A program made the translations under genes and the position numbers. A stretch of 63,964 bases of DNA, filler included, from Bigelowiella natans CCMP2755 (Eukaryota > Protista > Cercozoa): assembly GCA_000320545.1 (NCBI GenBank). It is 6 parts of 6 records of this genome, joined end to end, with 100 filler letters (N's around TTAATTAATTAA, not from the genome) between each part and the next. Parts side by side here need not be neighbours in the genome. Positions count along the whole stretch, not along the records: positions 15,278 to 34,708 come from ADNK01002761.1; positions 34,809 to 43,914 come from ADNK01001709.1; 4 more parts are not named here. The stretch is one strand, 5' to 3'. A model generated the notes under the pieces. The model did no database searches. It was not told the DNA's origin and worked only from the letters and a program-made list of their open reading frames with translations. Shown here piece by piece: positions 23,680 to 36,446 of this stretch (positions within the stretch are counted from its first letter, which is position 1; every line of letters starts with the position of its first letter).

Positions 23680-26600
23680 TCAGCGTTGCTGGCTTGACGG
23701 CACAAAACCTCCGTGAAACGAATGTGGCACGTGATGCTCCAGCTCAACTTCAGCCAAGGAATTGCCTTGAATGTCTTTCGCATCCAGAATCACAAGCTGA
23801 GATGAATGAATGAGATGCGGTGTCATGTGATGGTCTGCATAACCTCTTCCCCCTACAAGCCCCGTTTGGCAACATCATCATCTCTAGATGTTCACTAAGA
23901 TTCTAGTCTGGACCTTCGATTTGTGAGTCATTGAGTCGTACACATACGTCAGCACGTAGCCATCATCCTGAAAGAAGAGATTTCGTGACAGATGGAAAAA
24001 AAGTGCAGAAATTTGGAATGATTTGATCACTAAACAATGTGAGACTCCAATCTTCACAACACCAACAAATCAACTAATAATCTGAAATGTCGATTCCCCC
24101 CCCCCCCCCCCCCCCCCCCCCCCAAGTGGTTCTACTGAATCAACGCTCACCTCCTCGTTTGAGTTCTCTCGAGCCGCAAACACAGGCTCCCCTGAAAATT
24201 TTCATAGAAGTAAAATAAAATGAAGATTTTTAGATAATGATATCCAGGAAGATGAACCCATCCCGAATTCTCTCAAGCTCCCGTGTGTCGCGTTTATCCA
24301 TGGATTAAGATAACGGAAAAGAAGAAAAATTAGGGCTACGAATCTCCACCGACCAGCATATTTCGTTGGACCAAAGCCTCTGATTGTATGAATTCCCGTT
24401 TTCATGTCGATCTTTCCGATTGCGTTGAGAAACCCTGGAGTTGCTCCATTTGGGAGGACTTCCAGCGCATTGACAAATGCGAATCTAATGGAAATTTGAA
24501 GACACAAGCGATGTCAAGAAAACCAGAGGAAAACACGCAGGAGATAAAGAGAGATTGGAGAGAGGAGAGCGGTTTGTAGAACCTTGATTCTCTCGCTGTA
24601 TATGCCTGGTTAATCGTAGGCAATTCACATAGAAGCGGGGAAGATTTCCCGAGTCTTCATGTTGATTTCGGTAGAAGGAGTTGTGGGAGAGACATCCAAC
24701 TCTATTTCATGCAGTGTGGGCAGCGTTCTCTCGCTGAATCTTGCATTGTACATATCGAAACGGTTTGCTTCCATCTCTTCGCGGCTGCCCTCCTTGTGGA
24801 TCAGAAGCTGGACCTGAAAGAAGAAAATTACGAACGAGCGAAAAGATCGGCGCAGAAAGTATCCATTCATCAGAGATAATACCCTATCATCATCGTAACA
24901 TTGTATACACGCAGCTCTTTCATATTTGCGGGCATCTCAACCTTTATAGTACTCTTCTGTCCTTGGCTCCCCCCCTCCTGGTGCGCGTTAACCATGTGAT
25001 CAAATGACAGGGCTGGAACCTTCGCATCTTTTCGCACGCTCATATCTTTCTTATCAATGACGATGACCCTGGCGTCAGAGACGCCCCCGCCCCCCCCTCC
25101 TTGCCACCGGAATTCCCTTCCTAGAGAGTTTAACCCAAGCCCAGCTGTGAGCACCTTGGAGATGGGGCACACATACGGGTGGAGAATGAAGACGAGAAAG
25201 TCTTCGGTGCTGGCGAAATCGTGGATAAAAGCCAATTCCTCGAGGCTGATATCAGTGGTTCCTACCACACCCTGAGACTCTTGGACCTTGTACACGCGCA
25301 ATTTCATCGGGTAGCCTTTTTACGATGAAGGGAGGGGGAGGGGAGGGGGGGGGGGTAAGGAAATGGACAAGGAGGAGACGTAGGAAGAGGAGAAGGAAGA
25401 AGGGACTAAATTCGCATTATCGAAACGCATTCACTAGCAAGATTCTCAAGATTTCTTTCCCGGAAAACCTTGTACTAGTACATCTGCTTGCGATCCTACT
25501 GATACTATCTAAATCTGGTGCTCCTACCGAGCACAAGGCCGTGATTGAACATGATCTTATCGTCTGCCCTCGATCTAAACGTGTCCACCTGTGCGAAATC
25601 ATTGGACGATCAAAATTACGAGGAGTAATCAAATAAGGATGGCGTATTAATGATTCAATGGGAAGGAATCGGTCAGCTTCAACGATGACAGTAATTATAG
25701 GAGGGACCTGTGGATGCGCCGAGAAGAAGGCCCCTTTGTTCAGGCCTTTGATTGCGTATTCACCAACCGTGTGCAGCGTCTTTGGATCGATATCCATCGG
25801 CGGCCCGCCTTCGTGCATTAGGCAAAAGGAATATTACATCACTAATTGCAACCAGCGACAACTCCCTCTCTCCCTTCTCCTGATTATCGAGCTGCTCAAC
25901 GAAGTATTGTACCCTCGCAGAGCGCAAGAAGTCGTCCATTCCAGTCGATTGTAGCTGTGTTCCCGGGATTCGTAGGGTTCCGGCCGAGATTTTGTGGGAC
26001 CTTCGGCAAATGTGAGTACAGGGGTTAAGCGAGGAGGAGCTCCTTCTCAATGCAACACAAAGAACACATATCCTTTATGACTAGTACATCTTCTTACCCC
26101 CCCCGCACGCTGAGTCCACGCACCACGTAGCTGAAACCCTGCATCGTCTGACACAGACGATTGAGCATTGAATCGTTCCGTCCTAACGTATCGCCCTGTG
26201 AAGGTTGCGCGGTTAAGTTTCCCATCTAATTCCATGCGGGTGATGTAGCCGTCGCCATCGAACCAGTGACCGTATTTGTGCTCACCAACCTAAGAGCAAG
26301 TGGTTGTGTTGGTAGATGTTTCAAGGTTACACATGGATGGAAAAAGAAGGAGGAGATGATGAAGAGGGGTGGGGGGCACATAATGCCATTATAGTACCCA
26401 GACTATGGACAATCATGATAATAATAATAATCATGATAACAGCCTACCCGAACACGTCCCGCGCCATTTCGGTACAGCACGCCCTTCATGTCGCTTGGGA
26501 TTTCCCCCACTACTCGCGGTTGATACTCTTCGATGTCTCCAGCAGGCTCTAGCCCGCCTTCCATATTTTTTATTTGACAGTTTTAAGTTTACGGGGGGGA

Positions 26601-27300
26601 GACAGACAGTTCCACTGAAGAACTAACTACAAATTGGCCAAGGGAAAACAACGTTAGTGGTGAAAGCTCTGGGGGTTGCACCATACCTCTCCACGGGGCT
26701 TGCTGAATTCGAGAGAGAATAGAGGGTGGTGGTCTAAATTTCATATCCAAAGAGGGGTTTGACCCAAAAAGACGCGGAGGATGCCGTGGTAGCTTGCGTT
26801 GGGGGGGGGTGGGTGGGCAGGGACTTATCTTAGTGAATAACGCCTGTCTTGCTGCTACAATGACAAGAATTATTACATTACGAAAACCTGGAACTAGTTG
26901 AAAATATCAAAACTTATTATCTTCAGCAGTACCTACTGCGAAGTGATATCCTAATCAAGTCTCATTTAAATTCGAACGAACCTCAACGGGCGAAGAAGAC
27001 GTATGCGGAGGCTTCAGGCAACGTCGTCTCTTTTCCATGGAAGATAAGCGATTGCCGCCCATCGCAATGCTGTTTCGGAAAATCCTGTGTCTCGCTGCTA
27101 GCTCGTTTATATTTACTCTTGACCGGGCATACGACGAAGATGCATCGCCTGGCAAAAAGGGTTGAGCGTACGAGCGAGCGACAAAGTGAGGAGGGGGAGG
27201 AGGAGGAGGAAATACAAGCAGGACCTTTGATGCTTGAAGCGAGGCTCGATAGGATCCAGACGAAAGCTACACCATTAATTGAATCGCGACAGCCGAGCAT
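23680..27300 (-). CDS. Carotenoid oxygenase (RPE65/CCD family), multi-exon; start approximate
   Basis: Exons read GEIPSDMKGVLYRNGAG, HWFDGDG, FFSAHP, FIHDFASTE, FEMPTIN, DDGYVLTYVYD and LVILDA...HHVPHSFHG; stop at 23680-23682. Confidence 0.9.
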
Positions 27301-27781
27301 TATGCGGCAACAGAGAGTTGTTGCACGTACCGTTGCCCCCCCCCTCCTTTCTCTAGCCGAGGGCCACTCGTTTGCTTTTTACCACCCCGACGGTCCTCCC
27401 AATCGGCGATTTATTTTACGGCGCCACTCCATATTCCAAGTCGCACCATAAAAGCGAACGAATATCGAGCTAACAATTAAAAAACTTAGGAAATGACCTG
27501 TGAAAATCCGTTGTGACAGCATAATTTGCCCATTTTTTTTTATATTTAGAAACAGTTTTAATTTTGGAGTAAAATCCCAGCTTGAACGCAGCCCTTCACA
27601 CACGATAACGCCTTCATACGACCGTTAAGGGAGGGGGGAGAAAGTCTCCATTGGGACTTCCACGCCGCAGCTTCTAGACTGCGCCGATTCTAGGAAACAT
27701 CTCCTGGATCCAGATAGACATTTGGTCTATCCAACCCACCCACCCACCCACCCTATTCCACCTCTTTCTTTGGTGTCGACC

Positions 27782-30636
27782 ATGCACGTCAAAGCTCAGT
27801 GGAGGTTCCAAGGACAGACGGAAAAGGACTTGTAAGAAGAAGAAATAGAAGATCTCTGCCTCTGATTGAACTAACATTGCTTAAAGAAGAACCACCTTCT
27901 GCCGAAGATTGCCCTTTATTCCTTACATTTCATTAGGGTTCTTGAGGAGGGGGACATTGTCAATGTTTTGACACAAAAAGACTCGAAGGAGTCTTGGTGG
28001 GAAGGTAACGATTAGCCAGAGTATTTTCGATGTGGGATGGTGCTACTGCCCAACTTCCCCCCTATAATTGTTATGGTTATTCATATTAGGACGTAATCTG
28101 AGGACGGGCCGTGTTGGGTTTTTCCCTGCAAACTACACGGTTGAATGCTCCCAGAAGGTGCAATCGTCGTCTGAAACTATTACAGCCTGCACTCCTCTCC
28201 TTGTGAGTAAGTGCTACATATCTAAGATCGTTTGGTTGCGGTGCTGAATACTATTAGGAAATCGAATCGTTCCTGCATCGTCCGAAGGAAATGCAAGCAG
28301 CAGCTTCCATCCATCAATCAAACTTTCAAAGGGAATCAATTAGCAGCCGTACAGGGCGTGAACCGAGGACAACACGGAGAATGAGCGGAATAGTATCACC
28401 GAAACTGAGGGATATCATCAGTAAGCGCAACGCTGTTGTGTTGGAAATTATGTGATTCATTCCGGGAAATTTACTGATCAGGGAGTCCCCAGAAAAGCAC
28501 GATGATGACAAAATTTTCGCTCGATTTTGAAGCTGCGGCCAAGTATAAGGTCCAATCGCGTATCATTATCAATTATCTTCACCATCACATTCACTGTATT
28601 GCCACTGCCACCGCTCCCCATGTTAGCACAAGTATTGTATTTGAGATTGCTCTTGGCCTGTGCGGTGCTGCCTCTATTTCTGAGTCTAATACTTGGCCTC
28701 CTTGCATTGTAGTATATTAAATGCCTGGGGAAAGGGTCGTTCTCCACGGTGCACTTAGGTTTGTAGATTTCATAATGATATGGTTGTCCAAGTATTCCTC
28801 ATGTGGCCCTTGACATTGTTGTGCAAATGCAGCCAAACTGAGGAGAGATGCTAAGACTGATGGTCGAAGTCCCAGAAGTCCTAAGGTGGTGATCTCACAC
28901 GCGCCGCGCAGTATACAAGTTCCAAGAAAACAGCGGCACGCATGGCTTCAGTATCATCCATGCGAAGCTCGATAAACAAAACGCTAAATCTGTTTATTTT
29001 CCTCTTTCCAACCAAGGCGGATGACTACGTGTGCATTAAGTCAATACCGGCGAAGTCGTTAGCGGAACTGAACATGGCCCTCCAGGAGGCTATGATGCTG
29101 TGCAACACTGGAACTTCAAAGGTCGTCTCCCTGCTCTGCGTCTTCATCACACACCTCTTACCTCCCCCCCCCCCTCTTACTTCCTATATTTTCCTGATTT
29201 GCATGGCGTTCCATCAACATCTTGCCATAGGGTGTGATCGATATCATGGACGCGTTTATGGAGTGTAAAGGTACTAAGAGAGAGGGAGAGAGAGAGAGAA
29301 AGAAGGGAAGCGGGTTGAAGAATGGAATAAGAATTGCCGGCTTGATTGGTGCGCGATACGAATTGAATGAACGCGCCCCCCTCCCGTCTTCGTCTTGTTA
29401 GGCTGCGGCAGCGGTATGGCCTTGAGTGAAATGACGGGGCCTGTTTCCTTTTGCATTGTGACCGAGTAAGCAGAGACCGCCTCATTAACAACTCCAAACC
29501 AATACTCGTCGCATGCACTCGGGGATAATTCAATAAATGCCAACGGGATCTTCGTTTTTTGCTTTGAGTAGATACTGTGCTGGTGGCACTCTAAAGGACC
29601 GCATTGAGAGGAGGAAGGGACGGAAAGAGGTGCGAAGAAGAATGCCAGCAAAGATGTTTGGTCAGATACGATAGTACCCTTCGCCCTTGAAGCGTTGTTT
29701 CCTGTTATAAATGGACATTGGTTCTCATCATCACCATCACCACTACCACCATCATCATCATCATCATTATCATTACCACAGGGAGGCTTTCCGGAATATG
29801 AGACAATTCAGATCATATATGATGTAGCAACGGTACTCATTAACCATTTGGAGGAGTCTGATGTGTTTTGCTACTGCATTGCATTGTTTGAGTCATCGGC
29901 CCGAAGACTAATAAATTCTGCCTGTTCGTGCATCTGGTGTCCTATCATTCCAGAGCGTGGCAGATATTCATCGGTTGAACATCCTGCATCGCGATCTAAA
30001 ACCTTCGAATGTCTTCTTGACGAGGTCCGAAAATGGCAACGAATTTTTCTTGAATTCTAACTCTCCCCCTCCCCCCTCGCCCCCGCTACATCAAAAGCGA
30101 CGGTGAGATACGAATAGGTGACTTTGGAATTGCAAAGACGCTTTTAAGACAATCCAACACTAGCACTTTTGTGGGGTAAAAATTGTCGGATCTTCATTAC
30201 TCTTTATTATTAAGAATATATTTAGCAGTGGGGGGGGCGATAATAAATAAGTTGTTTATTCACGTACATTAATAATGGCAGGACTACTGGGTACATAGCT
30301 CCAGAAGTGCGAAATATGAAACCGTATGTTTCAGAAATAGATATAACAACTTAGATCATAGAGCAAACAACACACATTCTGAGAGGCATCGTATCCTTAC
30401 TTCTTATCCCTTTTTTTGGGATGTTTTCCCGAAAATAGTGGACTAGTTTGTGCCGTTCCTTCGCTCCGTTTGCGAGTGGATGAGTGAATGTACAAACATC
30501 TACGCGCCAATGCATACCTAACTTCCCCATTCCATCACCGACTACAGGTACGATTACAAGTGCGACATGTGGTCAGTTGGCGTCATCATGCTGGAACTGC
30601 TAACTCTATCAACTTATATGCAGTCTGAGGTAGAGA

Positions 30637-30682
<46 letters not shown>

Positions 30683-32415
30683 GAAGGGTGAGGGCGGGGG
30701 GGGATTAACAACTGTAATAATAGCAGCAGGAGGATATATGTAGATTTTTAGTGGTAGACCTATCATCTCTATTTCCTTGGAAATAACGATTTCTACATTG
30801 TCGTTCTACTGACCGTTGTAAAATCTATGGTGTGTAGGAGTTACAGAGACTAGAGAAGCGTATTAGCGCGTCTGCAATGACGATTCTCCTCGGGCTGCTT
30901 TCGCCTAACCCAAGTAAGATCATCGCCACATAGCGAGCAAACTCTACTGTTTACTTGTTCTACACTGCCTCTTCGAGAGAATATTTATGATGATAATGAC
31001 GATGGTGGTGGTGGTGGTGGTGACATCAAGTGTACGTAAGCTACACGAGTAGAGACATCGCTTGGTTTTTGTTCTCATCTCTCTCCTTTGCCCCCATTGC
31101 AGAGCAGCGTCCCTCCGCAAATAGAATCGCCAAATACATCTGGAAGCACTATCCGATCAAGTTAGTGGGGGGGGGGGGGGGGGGAGGGGTGCATAGACAT
31201 GCTCTCTGATCAGAACCCATGCTTGCGAGGAAGAAGAGGACTTAGCGACCGATGATTTTCTCACAGGCTCAGCTTTCGAATCAACAAGATAATGAGAGCC
31301 ATTGGGACGGTGAGACGACATCAACGCCCTTCGCCCAGATTACATGCTAATAGTAGCTCGCTCATGCCCCAGTGCTTCGCAGGGGGGGTATATATGTGTG
31401 ACTTTTTGATTGTTTGGCTGCTCGCTGCTGCTGCTGCTGCTGCTTTTGCTGTGAACACTGCTGAACAGAACTCCGAGGGGCTGATCACAGCGGACATTCT
31501 CTGCGGATTCCTTAGTAAGATGAGGCAGTTTTCGGGGAGAGTTGGAAAGGTAAGCTAGCAGCAGCACTGGAACACTGACACTTTTCAAAGAACGAATCTG
31601 GAGTAGCCAGTAATCAGCAAAATCTCGGTTTTTAATTGGAATCATCAGTGTTCAAAGATAAGCAGAGAAACATAGCGGAGAAGAAGTACATGTTGTGCCA
31701 CGTCACCCATGGCGTTCATTTATTTATTTTTCCCCCCAATAATCGGTATTCATTCTTCGTCGATTGTTTGTGTACAGTACATCGAGAAAACACCACAACA
31801 AGAAGCTAGAAGCTTGGTAGATTCTTTCTCCGCCAACCACTTCCACCCCCCCCCCTCTAGAGGAGAAACGTTTTCGTCTGCGTATGTTTCTTAACCTCCC
31901 GACTAATTTATCCCTCTGCACTGTTTTCCCGTTTTATCATTATTCCAGGTTGATTCCCTGGGGAGGGGCAGAAACGGGATATCAGCGCAGAAGGTGAACA
32001 GCATGTGATCTAACATTTCTGCTTCGTCTTGATTTTGCTCCTAAACGAATACAGTTTACGAAGTTTCTCGGGGACTACTACAGGCGCCATCCTCTGAAGC
32101 TTGCGTAATAATGATGTTGGTGCTGATGATTCTCTTGACAATTAATGTTACATGGATATCCAACCTCGATAGACGTCTAACTATTCTCTTTCGTTGGAAA
32201 TCACAAGGTTGATGGAGCAGTGTCTTAACAGCAGTGCCTCGCCGAAAACAGGGTTCAGCAGCGTGAGGACAGCCATAAATCCCGAGCAGCCTAATGTACG
32301 TGCATCAGCGCCATCGGAGTTTGTCAACTCTGCCCAGGTTCTCAAAGACGAGAAAAAAGCCACGGTGAGAGCGACAGCCATCACGCATTCTGCGCGATCT
32401 GCTCCAAGTATGTAG
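27782..32415 (+). CDS. SH3 domain-containing Ser/Thr protein kinase (NEK-like), multi-exon
   Basis: SH3: EEGDIVNVL..SWWEG..VGFFPANY. Kinase: LGKGSFSTV, HRDLKPSNVFL, IGDFGIAK, GTTGYIAPE, DMWSVG. Confidence 0.88.
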
Positions 32416-33382
32416 GCTTCTAGCGGGATTCGCGTCTGGAGCTGCGTACAAGGCCACTTTATCAATATTGTAATCATGTCTAGCCGTCTCTATGTGTATC
32501 GAGTTAAGTGTTATTATCAGAACTGATCGAACTTGCACAAAACTGCAAGTGATAGTTCGTGGAGCTGGTATATCCACAATGATGCTGTACGTGCTAGTGT
32601 GTCACCACCCGCGCCATGGCTGCGGCAGGTTGATCGCAGCAGACCATCTAATTATGCACACACATTCGTACGCATCAAGAGATCTGCGTATTAGCTCTTG
32701 TAGATCTAGTAGATATATGTCCCCGCGCAATGATGAAAGACGTGCACGTGGTACATGTCGGCACAAACACACATGCACACTACTAGCTACACAGCTAGAC
32801 AGCTATGGCTAGCTAGCGCACCTATCTAACTACATGTAGTTGTAGGTACGTTGCACCACACAAGCGTCACTGTGCATGTAAATCATGTAGGGATTGTTAA
32901 AAATGGGCTAGACATGATTCTGTGCTGACATACGCGTGCACATCCAACGTACCCGTCTAGTCGTCGCTGTCTTATATATACACTCTAGTACTGTCTAGCT
33001 GTGTGCAAGCGCATGTGCTAGTGTGCTGCACTCTGTATCGCTACGGTCCCGTCTTCAACGATCTAGCGATGCGCTGTACACATGTTTATGTGCAACATAC
33101 TATATATAAGCATGTAGCGCCTACGACGCTACGCTAGCTAGCTAGCTAGTTAGTACGGCCGATGCGCACGTCGATCTATAGCCATTTCATTCGATTCATC
33201 TAGCTATGCTTTAGTAGTCAATAATTTACAACTAGAGCTAGACAACTGCATGCATAGTGCTCCACGATACATGCAACAAAAGGCAATCCCTGCACGCTCT
33301 ATCTTGTTGGATGGTGCACATATTATTGAGATAAAGCGTAGATTCTCTCATCCCCCCCCCCCCCCCCCCTCCCGCCAAGGAA

Positions 33383-33481
33383 ACACAACACAATCCGCTT
33401 TTGTAGCAAGCGACAAGCAGCACCTCAACACCAAGATATTCACCGATAACAAGCATATATTATTCTTATATCATCCTTCTT

Positions 33482-33515
<34 letters not shown>

Positions 33516-34341
33516 CGTCGTCGGCATCACCGGTTGCTGGGCAAGATTTGGATAAGCCTCCAAGATAGCATACTTCATCGCCTCCCTTTCCTGTGAGCCA
33601 GGAAGCATATATCAGCGACATGCCAGTACTGCTACTACTTCTATTGAGCCAACTTTTCCTTCTTCTTCTTCTTCTTTTCTTCTTGTTCTGTTAGTTAATG
33701 TTAGTTAATGACGATCACCATAGGATTGCACATAATGTTCAAGCTGCTCCCGGTGACCCACCCCGCGACAACGAAGTGCTCCCTAGTAAAAAGCAACATG
33801 CACGCGGAGACGACGTAACACGACAAAGAACACTCAAAACAATGTCTTAATGTTGTATTTTCCAGAGGAAGATGGGCTTGCATCGGGCAGGTGTGTGAGC
33901 GGCGTCTGGGCCGAAGCGGCTACTTGTTATATCTTTGGAATCATCATCGTCGATCAGGCGTTGGGCATTCTCCGTGAGTGACAGTGCACGATGATGATGA
34001 TGATGGTGATGATGGTGGTGTGCATGGGTACTGTTGTAGCATTACTCTGAGACTTTGCGATCAGGGTCGTCGAGAACAATGGCGCATCTGATGGTGGGTA
34101 ATAGTTAGAGAATTTTATCCCATAATTACAAGTGACACACGCATATACGAGTGCAAAAGGAAGAGAAGGAACAGCAAGTGCGCGGGGTTCCACTGAGGAC
34201 GCTCCTATGACTCGGCGATGATTGAGAAACATCTTATTTTTGGAGATACGACTAACGGAAATACACCTACCCTCCTTTGTCTAACTTTTGCGCCTGTTCT
34301 TTCAACGATTCATCCATGACCGCAAACTGGTGATAAATGTG

Positions 34342-34378
<37 letters not shown>

Positions 34379-34673
34379 CTATACATTAGCACACATACAA
34401 AAATACATGTATTGTACATGATCTCATGCGGCAATAGTGACGCATTCTCCATCGTTTCCCCCCTCAAAACCCCCCTCCCTCCCCCAACGAATCTGGGATT
34501 ATCAAAGAGTTCCGCTGTCTCGCGGAATGAGTAGCGTCCATCATGGGCATATTCACGATAACAGCTACTACGAGATTTTTCTCTGCCATAGAGCTACAAA
34601 CCATCAATCTTTGTAACTGTACACAAGCTATTACCTTCCAGGACGTGACTTTGAAAAACGTCAGGAACTGCAC
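33383..34673 (-). CDS. Hypothetical multi-exon protein, partial
   Basis: Short protein-like exons separated by microsatellite-containing introns; truncated by the gap. Confidence 0.3.
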
Positions 34674-34708
34674 GGCACTTGCTTTCAGAGTTTGCTTTGA
34701 GAGGAATG

Positions 34709-34808
34709 NNNNNNNNNNNNNNNNNNNNNNNNNNNNNNNNNNNNNNNNNNNNTTAATTAATTAANNNNNNNNNNNNNNNNNNNNNNNNNNNNNNNNNNNN
34801 NNNNNNNN
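34709..34808. other. Artificial contig linker
   Basis: N44-TTAATTAATTAA-N44. Confidence 0.97.
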
Positions 34809-35199
34809 GTGTGTATGTGTCAAAATGCCAGGAGTTACTAGATGCAGAGGATTTTTGTGCATGAGATGAGGCGAAGGCGAAAAAGTAGTACAACCTTAAC
34901 CCGCAAATTCTCAAATGATGGATATAGAATCTGGTATGCGACTGCGCACCATACATATGATCTCCTTTGAATAACCGCAGCATCCTAACAACCGAGATGG
35001 TGCCGTCCGCAGCGGGGTGAGTGCAGCAAAATCGATTGGGATGCACCGGGGAACATCTAAAAATGAAGGGAAATTTTTCACAACCCGCAAACCTCGTTCT
35101 GTTTTTCTTTTCGAAATTGAAAGGGTTTTTTTAAAATAATACGCGCCAGAGCGCCACATCACGCCCTGTGGGTGCGCGAGTGAATATGTAAGTTCGTAT

Positions 35200-35240
<41 letters not shown>

Positions 35241-35294
35241 GAGACGGATGTAATGAAATGTTTAAATTGTTTCAATGGTCATCCTAATGTAGCT

Positions 35295-35338
<44 letters not shown>

Positions 35339-36446
35339 GCATATACATCATATTGTGGTGCAGGTTCTCAGCGGGTTTTGCTTGCGGGCTGTTCGCATCT
35401 TGATCAATGTGGGCGGCAGGGCATTGCTTCGGCGGGTGCCGATATGTTAGGATAATTGTAGATTTTAAAGTCAAGTCGCGCTAGTAACAACAGACCATGC
35501 TAGTGTACGTGCACTATGTACGGATCTTGTGGTACATGCACTTAGAAGATGCCACAAGCGCGTCGGTGCTTGCATCCGCCGGCATGCGGTGTCGATCTAC
35601 GATCAAGCCTAGCTTGGCATTATGCGTTGCCGTGATGTAAGCATCTACACGTTTGTTGGAGCGTATAGCGTGCGTCGTGATGTACAGGCATGCCTGTAGC
35701 GCGCTGAAGTGCAAATCTAGGCTATCATAGCTAGATAGACACTTAGTCCTTACGTAATGCAATATGTGTATCTGTTATGCATTGCTCGTGCCGAGTGATC
35801 GCTACCACTAAATGGCAGTAGCCTATGCTAGCACCTGCTACGCAACGAATGAGATGATCACACAGTAGACATGCTGGCACGATTGTTCATTTATGCTACT
35901 AGATATTGCTTACGAGTATTGTGCGATAATCTACGACATGCTAATGCTAGCATGTCGCATGCACACGGGCCCACAAAAAAACTAGAGCTAGAGAGGGAAA
36001 ATGCGCAACACAAAACAATGGTGTATGCCAGGATGCATTGTCAATCGGTTCAATGATGCCACGTGTGCTAGTAGAGGGACGGATTGACGGAAAGGGGACA
36101 GACAACCAGAGAAATGCGCAGAGTGCGGGAAGGAAGAGGGAAGAAATTTCTGCAGGGGAGAAGAGAGAAATATTGCAGATTTGTTCGGGTGTGATCGAAA
36201 GATTTGAATTCAGATCTCAATCTAGGTGAGGCCAGGGCCTAACAGACGCATGTCTGCTTATGGAAGCCATCATCGTCATGTCTAGATGTGCATTAAAGAT
36301 GTCTAATGATCGAAATTAAGCGGCAAATGGTGATGTAATCAAAGAGATAGAAATCGGAGAATTCGTGACATTTAGTAGTTTTGGTGCTCTCAATGCAGCG
36401 AAAATCAGATGATGAAATGGTCCTCAGTTTACAACAGCAGGTCAGC

